DNA of 64,000 nucleotides from a virus. The DNA is taken from IMG/VR virus record IMGVR_UViG_3300032271_001847, positions 5,764 to 69,763 of that record. One strand, written 5' to 3'. Position 1 is the stretch's first letter. Every line of letters begins with the position of its first letter. The translations under genes and the position numbers were made by a program. This document shows, piece by piece, positions 10,578 to 19,115 of this stretch. The notes under the pieces are model-generated. The model was not told where the DNA came from. It saw only the letters and a program-made list of their open reading frames with translations, and did no database searches.

Positions 10578-10937
10578 TCAGTCAATTTTGCGCTTTCGAA
10601 CCGATGGCCTGCGTTTCTTAACAGCATTGGCAATGGTTGCTTCTGCCACCTCAGTTTCAATTGCTTCGATGAACTTATTTGTCCATCGATTAACATCTCT
10701 CTTGATCCTGGTGAAATCTATGGTAATTGAGCAGCTATGGATATAGCTTTGATCCGGATCTAGCATCTTTTCTCTTGCAACGATATCAGCAAAATCATCC
10801 GGAGATACCTTGAATTTTGCACCACTCTTGGTGATTATCATGGCATCCATGATGTATCGTGTAGGAGGTTCGGTTCCAAGTATAAGATCGTCGAATATCT
10901 CATCCCACCCATCAGCGTTACTCTTGGATCTAGACAT
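10578..10937 (-). CDS. Hypothetical protein
   Basis: GAGG RBS and GTAAATA upstream of MSRSKS. Confidence 0.7.
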   Translation of the reverse strand: MSRSKSNADGWDEIFDDLILGTEPPTRYIMDAMIITKSGAKFKVSPDDFADIVAREKMLDPDQSYIHSCSITIDFTRIKRDVNRWTNKFIEAIETEVAEATIANAVKKRRPSVRKRKID

Positions 10938-10977
10938 GACGATTACCTCATGTGTTGTTATGGAAATATTTACCATC

Positions 10978-12060
10978 TCATTCGCCTCTGCGTTCCTTCC
11001 ATTGTCCGGCATATTTGTCAATTCCGTTTCCACAGATCCTTGCACATGTTTTCAAGCGACCGTGCTCTAGATCCTGGCTCCAACCTGCCTTGATCTTAGA
11101 AAAAACGTCATTATTAACAACGGCTTGTAATCCGTGTTTGACGGCACTAATGCTTGATATGTCATCCCCGATGATGTTCCAAATTTCGTTTCCGGCATAT
11201 GGAGCATATAGCTGATTAGCCGTCCAACAACAGGGGAAAACAAGTCCTTCGGATGAAATATAAATGCTATTATCCTCCTCGACCTTGCAGCGTATATGGC
11301 ATGATCCAAGATATCCATCAATGCTACCATATCGTTCGACCACCTTTGATTGCATCATCATGGCAGGATTCTGCCATTCGGGCGACAAGGGTTGTTCAAG
11401 ATGATATTCGATTTCGCCGTCGGTGCCCATCACGGGTTGCGTGTCTCTCGGACCAAGGGTCGACGGATCCATAAATCTTGCCGTCCTCTTGGTGGTAAAT
11501 CTCTCAAATCCCATCGATGCCGATAAGGATCGGGCAGCTTCGATCTCATGCTCGTTATGCCTAAAAACGATGTATTCCCAATGGGCCCGTCCGCCCGCCG
11601 CGATGAACCCCCTGGCATTTTCCATGATGGTCTGCCAGTTGGTCTTTCGTCGGTATAAATGATTGGTTCCTGCTAGCCCGTCAATTCCCCATTTAACATG
11701 GTCCCCTGGTCTTGACATTAGATTTCCAAGATCTCTCCACCAATCAACCGACCTCGCGCTGCCATTTGTGTGCAACCCAAGGGAGAGACCATCATTTTTG
11801 GATCTCAACCATCTCATGATATCAAGGCATTCATGTGCAACTATCGGATCTCCGTAGTTCCCGCATGCATAAACATAATGAAGCTGATCCACGATGGGAG
11901 TGAGAATGGTTTTCACATGATCAAGGCTGATCTCGGCCATGGGCAAACGTGGATTTACCTTTCCTCCCCATAGATTCCTGCTACATTGTGGGCAGGCCGC
12001 ATTGCAACGAGAGGTCAGTTCAAGGTGCAACACCCTGATCGAGACATATTCAAACGCCAT
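10978..12060 (-). CDS. Radical SAM protein with SPASM/Twitch-like C-terminus
   Basis: CNAACPQC, GNYGDP, HTNGS, GIDG, C-terminal C..G.VFPCC...C.RIC. Confidence 0.92.
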   Translation of the reverse strand: MAFEYVSIRVLHLELTSRCNAACPQCSRNLWGGKVNPRLPMAEISLDHVKTILTPIVDQLHYVYACGNYGDPIVAHECLDIMRWLRSKNDGLSLGLHTNGSARSVDWWRDLGNLMSRPGDHVKWGIDGLAGTNHLYRRKTNWQTIMENARGFIAAGGRAHWEYIVFRHNEHEIEAARSLSASMGFERFTTKRTARFMDPSTLGPRDTQPVMGTDGEIEYHLEQPLSPEWQNPAMMMQSKVVERYGSIDGYLGSCHIRCKVEEDNSIYISSEGLVFPCCWTANQLYAPYAGNEIWNIIGDDISSISAVKHGLQAVVNNDVFSKIKAGWSQDLEHGRLKTCARICGNGIDKYAGQWKERRGE

Positions 12061-12724
12061 GCAACTCTCCAAACAAATTCCTAAGGAATCCAAAATCATT
12101 TATCAATGTAAGATCGTCAGCGTGCTTGCCGTACCATTGTTCCGCATCAATCAAGCCCAAGGAACACCATTCTGCATATCTAGATTCGATATTTGGGTTT
12201 TTCCATGCATCAAGCCTTCGTTTGGATTCAAGATCTCCATGATCCTTCCTGATGTTTTCCATGAGCTTGATCGATTCGCGGAATGCGCTCTTCCACGATT
12301 CGTATGGGCTTGAATTGAACACGGTGGTGGCTATGGTCTGATCCATTATCTTGATCCCGCCAATGCTGGTGGTGAAATCAAGCCACGGACCGGAGTGCGA
12401 CAGGACGACCGCCTTTGGCCATAACTTTATCGCTCCATATCCATAGCTTAACCCGTTGACAGGGTTCCTGCTGTACCATAGATGCAGATACATCTGATCC
12501 CATTCGGGAGGCATGTAGTCGAATTTCCAATCATCATCGGCCACCGTGTCCCCATCCACGGTCCAAAACATCTTGGTAAAAGATTGCCTGGCGCATCTCT
12601 GGTGTGCGGCCGAGATCCCTTTTACGCCGTGTATCCTCCTAGCATGTGGCATCCTTGATTTTAGCAAGGACCAGTTTTCATCGGCAGTTGGCTCCTCATA
12701 GCTGATGAAAAAAACGTCATACAT
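12050..12724 (-). CDS. Putative glycosyltransferase-like protein (paralog B)
   Basis: FFISYEEP.ADENW, HGVKG..AH..CA, VDGD (DxD), WKSAFRE. Confidence 0.6.
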   Translation of the reverse strand: MYDVFFISYEEPTADENWSLLKSRMPHARRIHGVKGISAAHQRCARQSFTKMFWTVDGDTVADDDWKFDYMPPEWDQMYLHLWYSRNPVNGLSYGYGAIKLWPKAVVLSHSGPWLDFTTSIGGIKIMDQTIATTVFNSSPYESWKSAFRESIKLMENIRKDHGDLESKRRLDAWKNPNIESRYAEWCSLGLIDAEQWYGKHADDLTLINDFGFLRNLFGELHGV

Positions 12725-13631
12725 GCCTTATTGCCATGAAATGCCTGATCTGATCAATGCCCATCCACGGACGCGGCGGATTCATGTAGACCCTCTTGAA
12801 AAAACGAGAATCATCCGGTGACAGCAGGGACAGATCAAGGCCCAACTGTTGTGACAGCGTCATTCCAAGGACCTTGCTGCCCCCAAGGGGATCATCATTT
12901 TTGATCGTTTCCCAAAGTTCATGCATCTTTCCATAATCGCTGATGATCACATGGTCTTCAGACGACAACGTGGCAAGATGGCATCCCATCCTTGCACCAT
13001 AAATGGCCCAAATGCCATTCTCAACATCCATTCCAACGCTTGACCATATGCAAAGTCGATTAACGTTGCCAAACCATATGCGATCATGGAATTCTCGAGG
13101 GTTTACACGCATCCCGCGATCAAGGCTCATCTTGACCCCTTCCCTAAACCCGGATCTCCATGCCTGCTCGGGAGATCCGTTTACCACGCTTGTGCTATAA
13201 CAGCCCTGCATCTCGTGATAACCTGGCGACCAACAAAAATCAACCCTCGATGCAGGGTCCTTTGCATTTTCATGGCTGTTCATTCCCATCACAAAGGACT
13301 TGCTCCATAGCTTGAGACCTCCATTACCGTACACCAGCCCATTTATGTGATTTCGTCCTGCCCACGTCCATGCATGGTCATGCTGGGAATCATCTATGCT
13401 GATCTCAACGTCAAGGAACTCGGGATAGATACGATTATCGCCGTCCACCGTGACGAAAAACTCAGTATCACTCGCACAAGCACAGCTTCGATGTGCAGCA
13501 TCGAATCCTTTCACGCCGTGTATCCTTTTGGCCCATGGGACCAGATCCACCAGTTCCGCGTATAACATCTCAGCGTTTGGTTCGTCAAAGCTGAGGAAAA
13601 CGAAATCAAATTCGGATAGCTTATGGTTCAT
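12717..13631 (-). CDS. Putative glycosyltransferase-like protein (paralog A)
   Basis: FLSFDEPNA, HGVKGFDAAH, VDGDN, YGNGGLKLW, AWRSGFREG. Confidence 0.6.
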   Translation of the reverse strand: MNHKLSEFDFVFLSFDEPNAEMLYAELVDLVPWAKRIHGVKGFDAAHRSCACASDTEFFVTVDGDNRIYPEFLDVEISIDDSQHDHAWTWAGRNHINGLVYGNGGLKLWSKSFVMGMNSHENAKDPASRVDFCWSPGYHEMQGCYSTSVVNGSPEQAWRSGFREGVKMSLDRGMRVNPREFHDRIWFGNVNRLCIWSSVGMDVENGIWAIYGARMGCHLATLSSEDHVIISDYGKMHELWETIKNDDPLGGSKVLGMTLSQQLGLDLSLLSPDDSRFFKRVYMNPPRPWMGIDQIRHFMAIRHV

Positions 13632-14083
13632 CTGTATCCACCAATGTAGAAACTGTGTTTATCAGCGTCGGCCCAATTGATGCGTATCGTATTGCCGGTC
13701 TGTGCCATGTTGGTAAGGTTCCATGATTTTATCAACCAGCTAGGATCATTTTTAATGGTAGCGTACAATATGGACGAGGACCGATTGCCATCAATGGTGA
13801 TCGTCATCCCCTCCTTGTCCACCGATAGCATCGATGCACCGCCTGACTCGTCAAGCGCATCAAGTGACCAAAATCTGGCGGGTTCTTTTACCGGAACATC
13901 CTTCTTCTTTAACAGCATCGACCCATCCACCTCTTCCACATGATAGAGATGCATGTTCTCACTGCCGTCCATGAACGACCCGGCCATTTCCTTGGTTATC
14001 TCGATCTCTCGCCCGCCTCCGCTGGACCATCTCACGATCGTCGGTTGGCCAACATCATCATATTCAAGCCACGCGCTTGCCAT
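13628..14083 (-). CDS. Hypothetical protein
   Basis: Overlaps both neighbours within the operon. Confidence 0.7.
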   Translation of the reverse strand: MASAWLEYDDVGQPTIVRWSSGGGREIEITKEMAGSFMDGSENMHLYHVEEVDGSMLLKKKDVPVKEPARFWSLDALDESGGASMLSVDKEGMTITIDGNRSSSILYATIKNDPSWLIKSWNLTNMAQTGNTIRINWADADKHSFYIGGYR

Positions 14084-14957
14084 CTTTGATCAATCCTTCA
14101 TATGTCTCTATCATTTCATCAGTTAACCAATCCTTGATATGATAATGCAGCGGATAGAACTGCCTGTGGTTTCCAAGCTTGCAATCCCCGGTTGGCGTGA
14201 AAAACGTCCTGAGATGGCATCTCCAATCCTCCGAAAGATTTGGATCCTTCCAGCCCTGCATCTGTGTTTTCATGTGCGTGAATGTCGGAATCATGCGATG
14301 CGAATAGCTTGCTTGATCGATATCAAGCAGCTTCATGGCAAGGGCAAAAATAACATCGGTGCTCGGGTGATCAGGTCTATTTTCATAATGGAGATAACGC
14401 TCAAAAAATCTCTCCCAGTTCCAAAATATCAATGTAGCAAGGGCGAAAAAATCGTACGAAGCCGCAGTCTTCCTGAAATATCCGCATGCGGTGTATGTGT
14501 TTGGAAGACCGTTTTTCGTGAAAACCTTTCGATAATAGTCGCTATCGGATTCATTCCCACGCCAATCAAGGACACGATTTGCCCATACCATGTCATTTGG
14601 TTGAGATCCAAGATGATTCCACCATGCTGATATGTCGGTAAAGAACAGCATGTCGCAATCCAATTTTATGGTCTCTTGATATGGTGTCATCCATATCGCC
14701 TTCCATTCATTTTCAAGCTTCCACTTGCTGTCCTTGGCGGAATCTCCCCATGGTATTTCTATGATGTTATCAAATGCCCATGCATATCGAGGATCAACCT
14801 CGAATCCTGGCGTTATCCCGACCGTGAGATATGGAACCTCATTCTGGGTATGCTTAAGGCTCAGGGCTAACGCATATGCCATGCGAACATAATCCGTATC
14901 TCCACTGTTTTGTGCGAAAGTGAAAAATCCACGCTGTCTGGAATTAATTGGTGGCAT
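14064..14957 (-). CDS. GT-A fold glycosyltransferase-like protein (GT8-like)
   Basis: AYALALSLK, TPYQETIKLDCDMLF, FTHMK, HYH. Confidence 0.65.
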   Translation of the reverse strand: MPPINSRQRGFFTFAQNSGDTDYVRMAYALALSLKHTQNEVPYLTVGITPGFEVDPRYAWAFDNIIEIPWGDSAKDSKWKLENEWKAIWMTPYQETIKLDCDMLFFTDISAWWNHLGSQPNDMVWANRVLDWRGNESDSDYYRKVFTKNGLPNTYTACGYFRKTAASYDFFALATLIFWNWERFFERYLHYENRPDHPSTDVIFALAMKLLDIDQASYSHRMIPTFTHMKTQMQGWKDPNLSEDWRCHLRTFFTPTGDCKLGNHRQFYPLHYHIKDWLTDEMIETYEGLIKDGKRVA

Positions 14958-15822
14958 ATTCTATTATCCTTGGTGCCATCCTGCCGATGCTCCATTTGTT
15001 CATCACATGGACGTTATTTCGTACCTGATGTAGCTTGAAATCTCCCTGAACGGTTTCACTAACGAAGAATGCGTGTCCGTTCTTGAATCCTATCATGTCG
15101 TCGTTTTCCGTGGCAACCACGATTTCGGACAAAGGCAATGGGGTTATAGCATCGTTCTCAAATTGTCCACTTATCATGTGCAACGCAATGCTAAGTGCAT
15201 AATCATTACGGAAATATCCGCTTGGAGAAAAACGGTAGAGATCCTGGTAATATCCGTAGTTTTCCTTGATGAATTTCATCGTTTCAAACACGGCCTTGAT
15301 ACGGTTATTGCGCTTGAAATACATAACCGTTGCCCAATATAGTGGTATGCTCATCTCATTGAATCTTTGATCAAATCCACCAATGTTCATGGCATGACGC
15401 AGGTCTCGTATTGATTTATTCACCATCAGATCTTCAACCGAATTCCATGCATTATCAAGGCTATCATCCAATATCAGATAATCTGCATCAATCAGGATCG
15501 TTTCGTCAAATGGGCTTAGATCGAAACTATCCGATCTATTTCCATTATAATAAGGTTGTATCTTGCTGCTATACCTAGTATCGTGATATGTACGGACCGA
15601 TGCATCCCTGTCGATATCCACAACGGTTATATGATCAAACGCTTGAGCAATGAGATCAGCTCCGTGATTATCGGATATCCACTTGATCGTGTCATCAGTG
15701 GTTGCTAACGACACGGAGTTGATCCTAAGATGTTTTTTGATCAGCAATGCCGAACAAAGGGCCATTGTGCCATAATCAAGCTCGGTATTATTATACGCAT
15801 GGATCAAGAATCCTTGGGTCAT
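14944..15822 (-). CDS. GT-A fold glycosyltransferase-like protein (GT8-like)
   Basis: SPFDETILIDADYL, WATVMYF, RNDYALSIA, HVMNK. Confidence 0.65.
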   Translation of the reverse strand: MTQGFLIHAYNNTELDYGTMALCSALLIKKHLRINSVSLATTDDTIKWISDNHGADLIAQAFDHITVVDIDRDASVRTYHDTRYSSKIQPYYNGNRSDSFDLSPFDETILIDADYLILDDSLDNAWNSVEDLMVNKSIRDLRHAMNIGGFDQRFNEMSIPLYWATVMYFKRNNRIKAVFETMKFIKENYGYYQDLYRFSPSGYFRNDYALSIALHMISGQFENDAITPLPLSEIVVATENDDMIGFKNGHAFFVSETVQGDFKLHQVRNNVHVMNKWSIGRMAPRIIEYATN

Positions 15823-16187
15823 TGATCACCAGTTTCAAATAAATCATGAAACTGATCCCGCACCGTCCTTGCTTGTTTCAGTTTTCTGTATTCAATGTTA
15901 TAGTAATTTGTGGCTTCAAAATATTTGCTTAATATTTCTGAATGGAACTCGGTCACATTCGTGATCTCAATTGGATTGCCGTTGATGTCTATCAACACCA
16001 CGTAATCGTGACCAAGGTCGATCACCAGCTTGGTAAAGTTGATTAGATCAACGGTGGCCTTGAATATTCCACCGTTGACGGCATGCGTGAGCATGGTATC
16101 AACCTTCAGCTTGATGTTTTCCTTGCTGTTGAAAAGGCTTACGCGATAATTGGCAAATTCAATGGCCCGTTGCAGTCTATCATCCAT
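15819..16187 (-). CDS. Hypothetical phage protein
   Basis: MDDRLQRAIEFANYR, GGIF, LIDINGNPI; AGGAG RBS. Confidence 0.75.
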   Translation of the reverse strand: MDDRLQRAIEFANYRVSLFNSKENIKLKVDTMLTHAVNGGIFKATVDLINFTKLVIDLGHDYVVLIDINGNPIEITNVTEFHSEILSKYFEATNYYNIEYRKLKQARTVRDQFHDLFETGDQ

Positions 16188-16234
16188 GTCAGATCTCCTG
16201 CCGTATTATTGGCAAGGATCGCCATGGATTGCAA

Positions 16235-17185
16235 TTAAATCGCGGTGGTCGTCGTATATGTCGGCGATGGTATGGTGAGAGCACCGGACGCGGATAGCTG
16301 TGATATGTTGCTGACAAGCGTGCCGTCCAGGACATAGTATGCTATCCCCGATGCGAATGTGGCTTGCACCCTGAGAAGGCTACCATTTCCTCCGTTTGAT
16401 CCGGTGTAACTCTCGACCCTAGCACGCACCGAATAACTGATCGTGGTGTATCCATATGCCGATCCGGCATGCACAAACAGGGTTGAGAACCCGCTTGGGT
16501 TGTTGGTCAATCCATAATATCCCGTCGAGTAAGCGGTACCACCGGAACCGGTGTAGGTCGTGGCACTGGCTCCGATCTTGATGGTCCCCATGTCCGACAA
16601 TAGCTGTGTCATGGAGTCATTCAGATGATTGGTGGTCCCACCGGAACGATTGGCCGAAAGATATATCTGCCCACCGCTATTAAAGAAATAGCGTGCCGAA
16701 TCTTCGTTGGAAAACGCAACCGTGAATTCATGGGTGACGGACGAGCTCCAGCTGGTCGTCCGCGTGCTTGATAGCTTGGATGAAAGAGACATCTGCCCGA
16801 TGTCGTAAAGATTTCGGTTGGTATCAAGCGTTGAAATAAGGGTCGCGAGATCCGCCCGTCCTCCGGTGCCATCATAAGCATGTATGATGTCTCCGGTTGA
16901 TACGTTTGAAGGTATGGTTAGCCCGCTTCCGGTATGCGTGTTGATGGTTGACATCACCGAGAACATGTCATTCCATTGGGACGCGGCAATGCTGTTGCCG
17001 GCAATCACCGATGGCAGCGATGTCGACACTTGTCCATAACCTCTTGTACCATACCCAACACCGATCAGCGCCGCTAGCTTATCCGTAGCGGACGAATCGT
17101 TAGAATATGCCACGTTTGGATCAACTGATCCTCGAAATCCCATGTATTGGGATGCCAATATGTCTTGCCCGGTGGCATACGTCAT
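16235..17185 (-). CDS. Putative virion structural / tail fibre-associated protein
   Basis: Ser/Thr/Gly-rich, GYGQ and ARYFFNSGG motifs; in structural operon. Confidence 0.7.
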   Translation of the reverse strand: MTYATGQDILASQYMGFRGSVDPNVAYSNDSSATDKLAALIGVGYGTRGYGQVSTSLPSVIAGNSIAASQWNDMFSVMSTINTHTGSGLTIPSNVSTGDIIHAYDGTGGRADLATLISTLDTNRNLYDIGQMSLSSKLSSTRTTSWSSSVTHEFTVAFSNEDSARYFFNSGGQIYLSANRSGGTTNHLNDSMTQLLSDMGTIKIGASATTYTGSGGTAYSTGYYGLTNNPSGFSTLFVHAGSAYGYTTISYSVRARVESYTGSNGGNGSLLRVQATFASGIAYYVLDGTLVSNISQLSASGALTIPSPTYTTTTAI

Positions 17186-17186
17186 G

Positions 17187-18335
17187 TCAGTTCTTGCCTA
17201 TAACTACTTCTATCAGTTCAACTGAATCCGTGTTCTTGTCAACAAGCGAACGGCCAAGAACCGCTAGCGGACCAAAATCAGGATTCCATGCGCAGGCCGT
17301 ACCTTCCACGACCGATGCCATGAGGCGCTGGCCCTTGTAAACGGGGCCGGATACCTTGCACGGAACACGTCCAACCAGCGCAACGGCCGGATGCGTGGCA
17401 TCGGTTCCTGCATCCTTATTCATGAGATATGCTGGCTTTGTTGACACCACGCCAAATACCGCGATATCGCCATCATTCCTGCATGCGGTCACTTCTGCGG
17501 ATCCACCAAGGCTGACCACCGTGCCCGGAGCGTATTCGGCATCAGCGGCATATCGCTCAGCAAGGTCAGCGTACTTGGCCGAACTTGCGGTTCCGACGAA
17601 GTTTTGGGAGTAAACGTTTGAAAATCTAAGTCCCGAGCTTCCCAGATTCCAAGAAATATCAGCCGACGGAAGGTTGGTTTGGGTTGACCTGAAAGTGGTA
17701 GTGTCGCCTGCTATACCGGTGCCCGAAATGGTGGTGTTGAAATTGATTCCAGGAGATATTGATGCAAACCCTGTGATGCTAGGGCTGGGGGTGAACACAG
17801 CATCCTTGCTAATGATGGCAAAAAGGGTTCCACCAAGCACCACCCTCCACACCTGGTGGGCGTTGGTACCATCTGAAATCCTTGCTGCTTCAAGCGTGCT
17901 GTATGATGGTATTGCAGGATTGATAGGGTCTGTTCCAGCTGGACTTCCAAGAGGGCCTACCAATACCCATGCGGTTCCGGTCCAGACATTTAGCTGCTTG
18001 TTGGTCGTATCAAACCAGAGAGCACCCGGATTGGCGCCCGAACCAGGTGCGCTAGCCGATTGTAGCGTTCCTCCTGCTGCTAACCATGTTGATCCGCTGT
18101 AAACCTTGAGTATCTGCTGGGCGGTATCGTACCATGCCTGCCCGGTGACAGGACTTGTCGGTGCGCTAGCACTTGCAAAATTCTGCATGATCCAGAGCAT
18201 GTTCTCATTTACCGGCTCTCCATAGTTTAGATAGCCGTGACCTGGAAACTTGATGCTAGAGCTGCCGGTGTTAATGCTGCCGTCCGCAACAGTAGCCAAT
18301 AACGTCCCGTCATAGTTGAATATATTAGTAGCCAT
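17187..18335 (-). CDS. Tail fibre protein with C-terminal autoproteolytic chaperone-like domain
   Basis: Repeated GQ/GAxW(Y/F)D...LxV units; C-terminal AKYADLAERY...PGTVV...GVVST.PAYLMN...VALVGRVP. Confidence 0.75.
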   Translation of the reverse strand: MATNIFNYDGTLLATVADGSINTGSSSIKFPGHGYLNYGEPVNENMLWIMQNFASASAPTSPVTGQAWYDTAQQILKVYSGSTWLAAGGTLQSASAPGSGANPGALWFDTTNKQLNVWTGTAWVLVGPLGSPAGTDPINPAIPSYSTLEAARISDGTNAHQVWRVVLGGTLFAIISKDAVFTPSPSITGFASISPGINFNTTISGTGIAGDTTTFRSTQTNLPSADISWNLGSSGLRFSNVYSQNFVGTASSAKYADLAERYAADAEYAPGTVVSLGGSAEVTACRNDGDIAVFGVVSTKPAYLMNKDAGTDATHPAVALVGRVPCKVSGPVYKGQRLMASVVEGTACAWNPDFGPLAVLGRSLVDKNTDSVELIEVVIGKN

Positions 18336-18374
18336 CGATGTTGCCTTTATCTATGATGCTGTATTTATCCATCG

Positions 18375-18974
18375 TCAGACCGTTTGGATCCGGATGGTGT
18401 AGACGATTTCGATCTGACGATTGAGACTTTTTTGAACGGGACTGAAAATCACATGTGTTAGAAGGCGTCCTTCACCAGTTGGATCATATGCCTTGAGTCC
18501 AAGTTCGTTGAAAACATACGGACCAGACAGATTGGTTGTCGTATCAAACGCTTCTTGGCCCGCAGGCTCGCCAATACCAAGATTGCATGTGATTATCACA
18601 TCGCTGTATGTGGTACCGGATGTATGTGCCGTGGTTATATAGTTCTTTGTTGGATCCACATTCAATGGGCTCAGATCGTTGACACATTTAATGTAAGTCT
18701 GGTTGTAGAGCTGAGCCGATGTTCCTATAACATTTGGAGGCAGATAAGTGATGGTGCCTATCCCACTGACCGTGGCAGCACCATTTCCAAACACCATGTC
18801 CTGTATCCAACTATCGGTTCGATTGGCTATCGTGTGTGCAAGGGATATTGAGAAATTCTCATAGTTAATAGCGTTGTTTTTGTCAACCAATATCTCACCT
18901 GTCAACACATCTCTTATGATAACATGTCCTTTGACGGACTTGCCTATTGTTTCTTTCATATGATCTCTCATCAT
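18375..18974 (-). CDS. Virion structural protein (baseplate region)
   Basis: FNELGL and LLTHVIFSPVQKSLNR; in baseplate operon. Confidence 0.7.
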   Translation of the reverse strand: MMRDHMKETIGKSVKGHVIIRDVLTGEILVDKNNAINYENFSISLAHTIANRTDSWIQDMVFGNGAATVSGIGTITYLPPNVIGTSAQLYNQTYIKCVNDLSPLNVDPTKNYITTAHTSGTTYSDVIITCNLGIGEPAGQEAFDTTTNLSGPYVFNELGLKAYDPTGEGRLLTHVIFSPVQKSLNRQIEIVYTIRIQTV

Positions 18975-19108
18975 GCTCGCTTGTTGACCAACATCTCGCC
19001 AGAATCTGGGTCTCTTATTTTTAGATTACCATAGACCATGACACCTGCGGTTTCATCGCATGGTGTCTGCTTGGTATCAACATCATCTTTTCTGTCATCT
19101 GCTGCCAT
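18971..19108 (-). CDS. Small 45-aa protein absent from the ORF track
   Basis: MAADDRKDDVDTKQTPCDETAGVMVYGNLKIRDPDSGEMLVNKRA; ATAAATA upstream, ATGA overlap downstream. Confidence 0.65.
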   Translation of the reverse strand: MAADDRKDDVDTKQTPCDETAGVMVYGNLKIRDPDSGEMLVNKRA

Positions 19109-19115
19109 GATCTAT

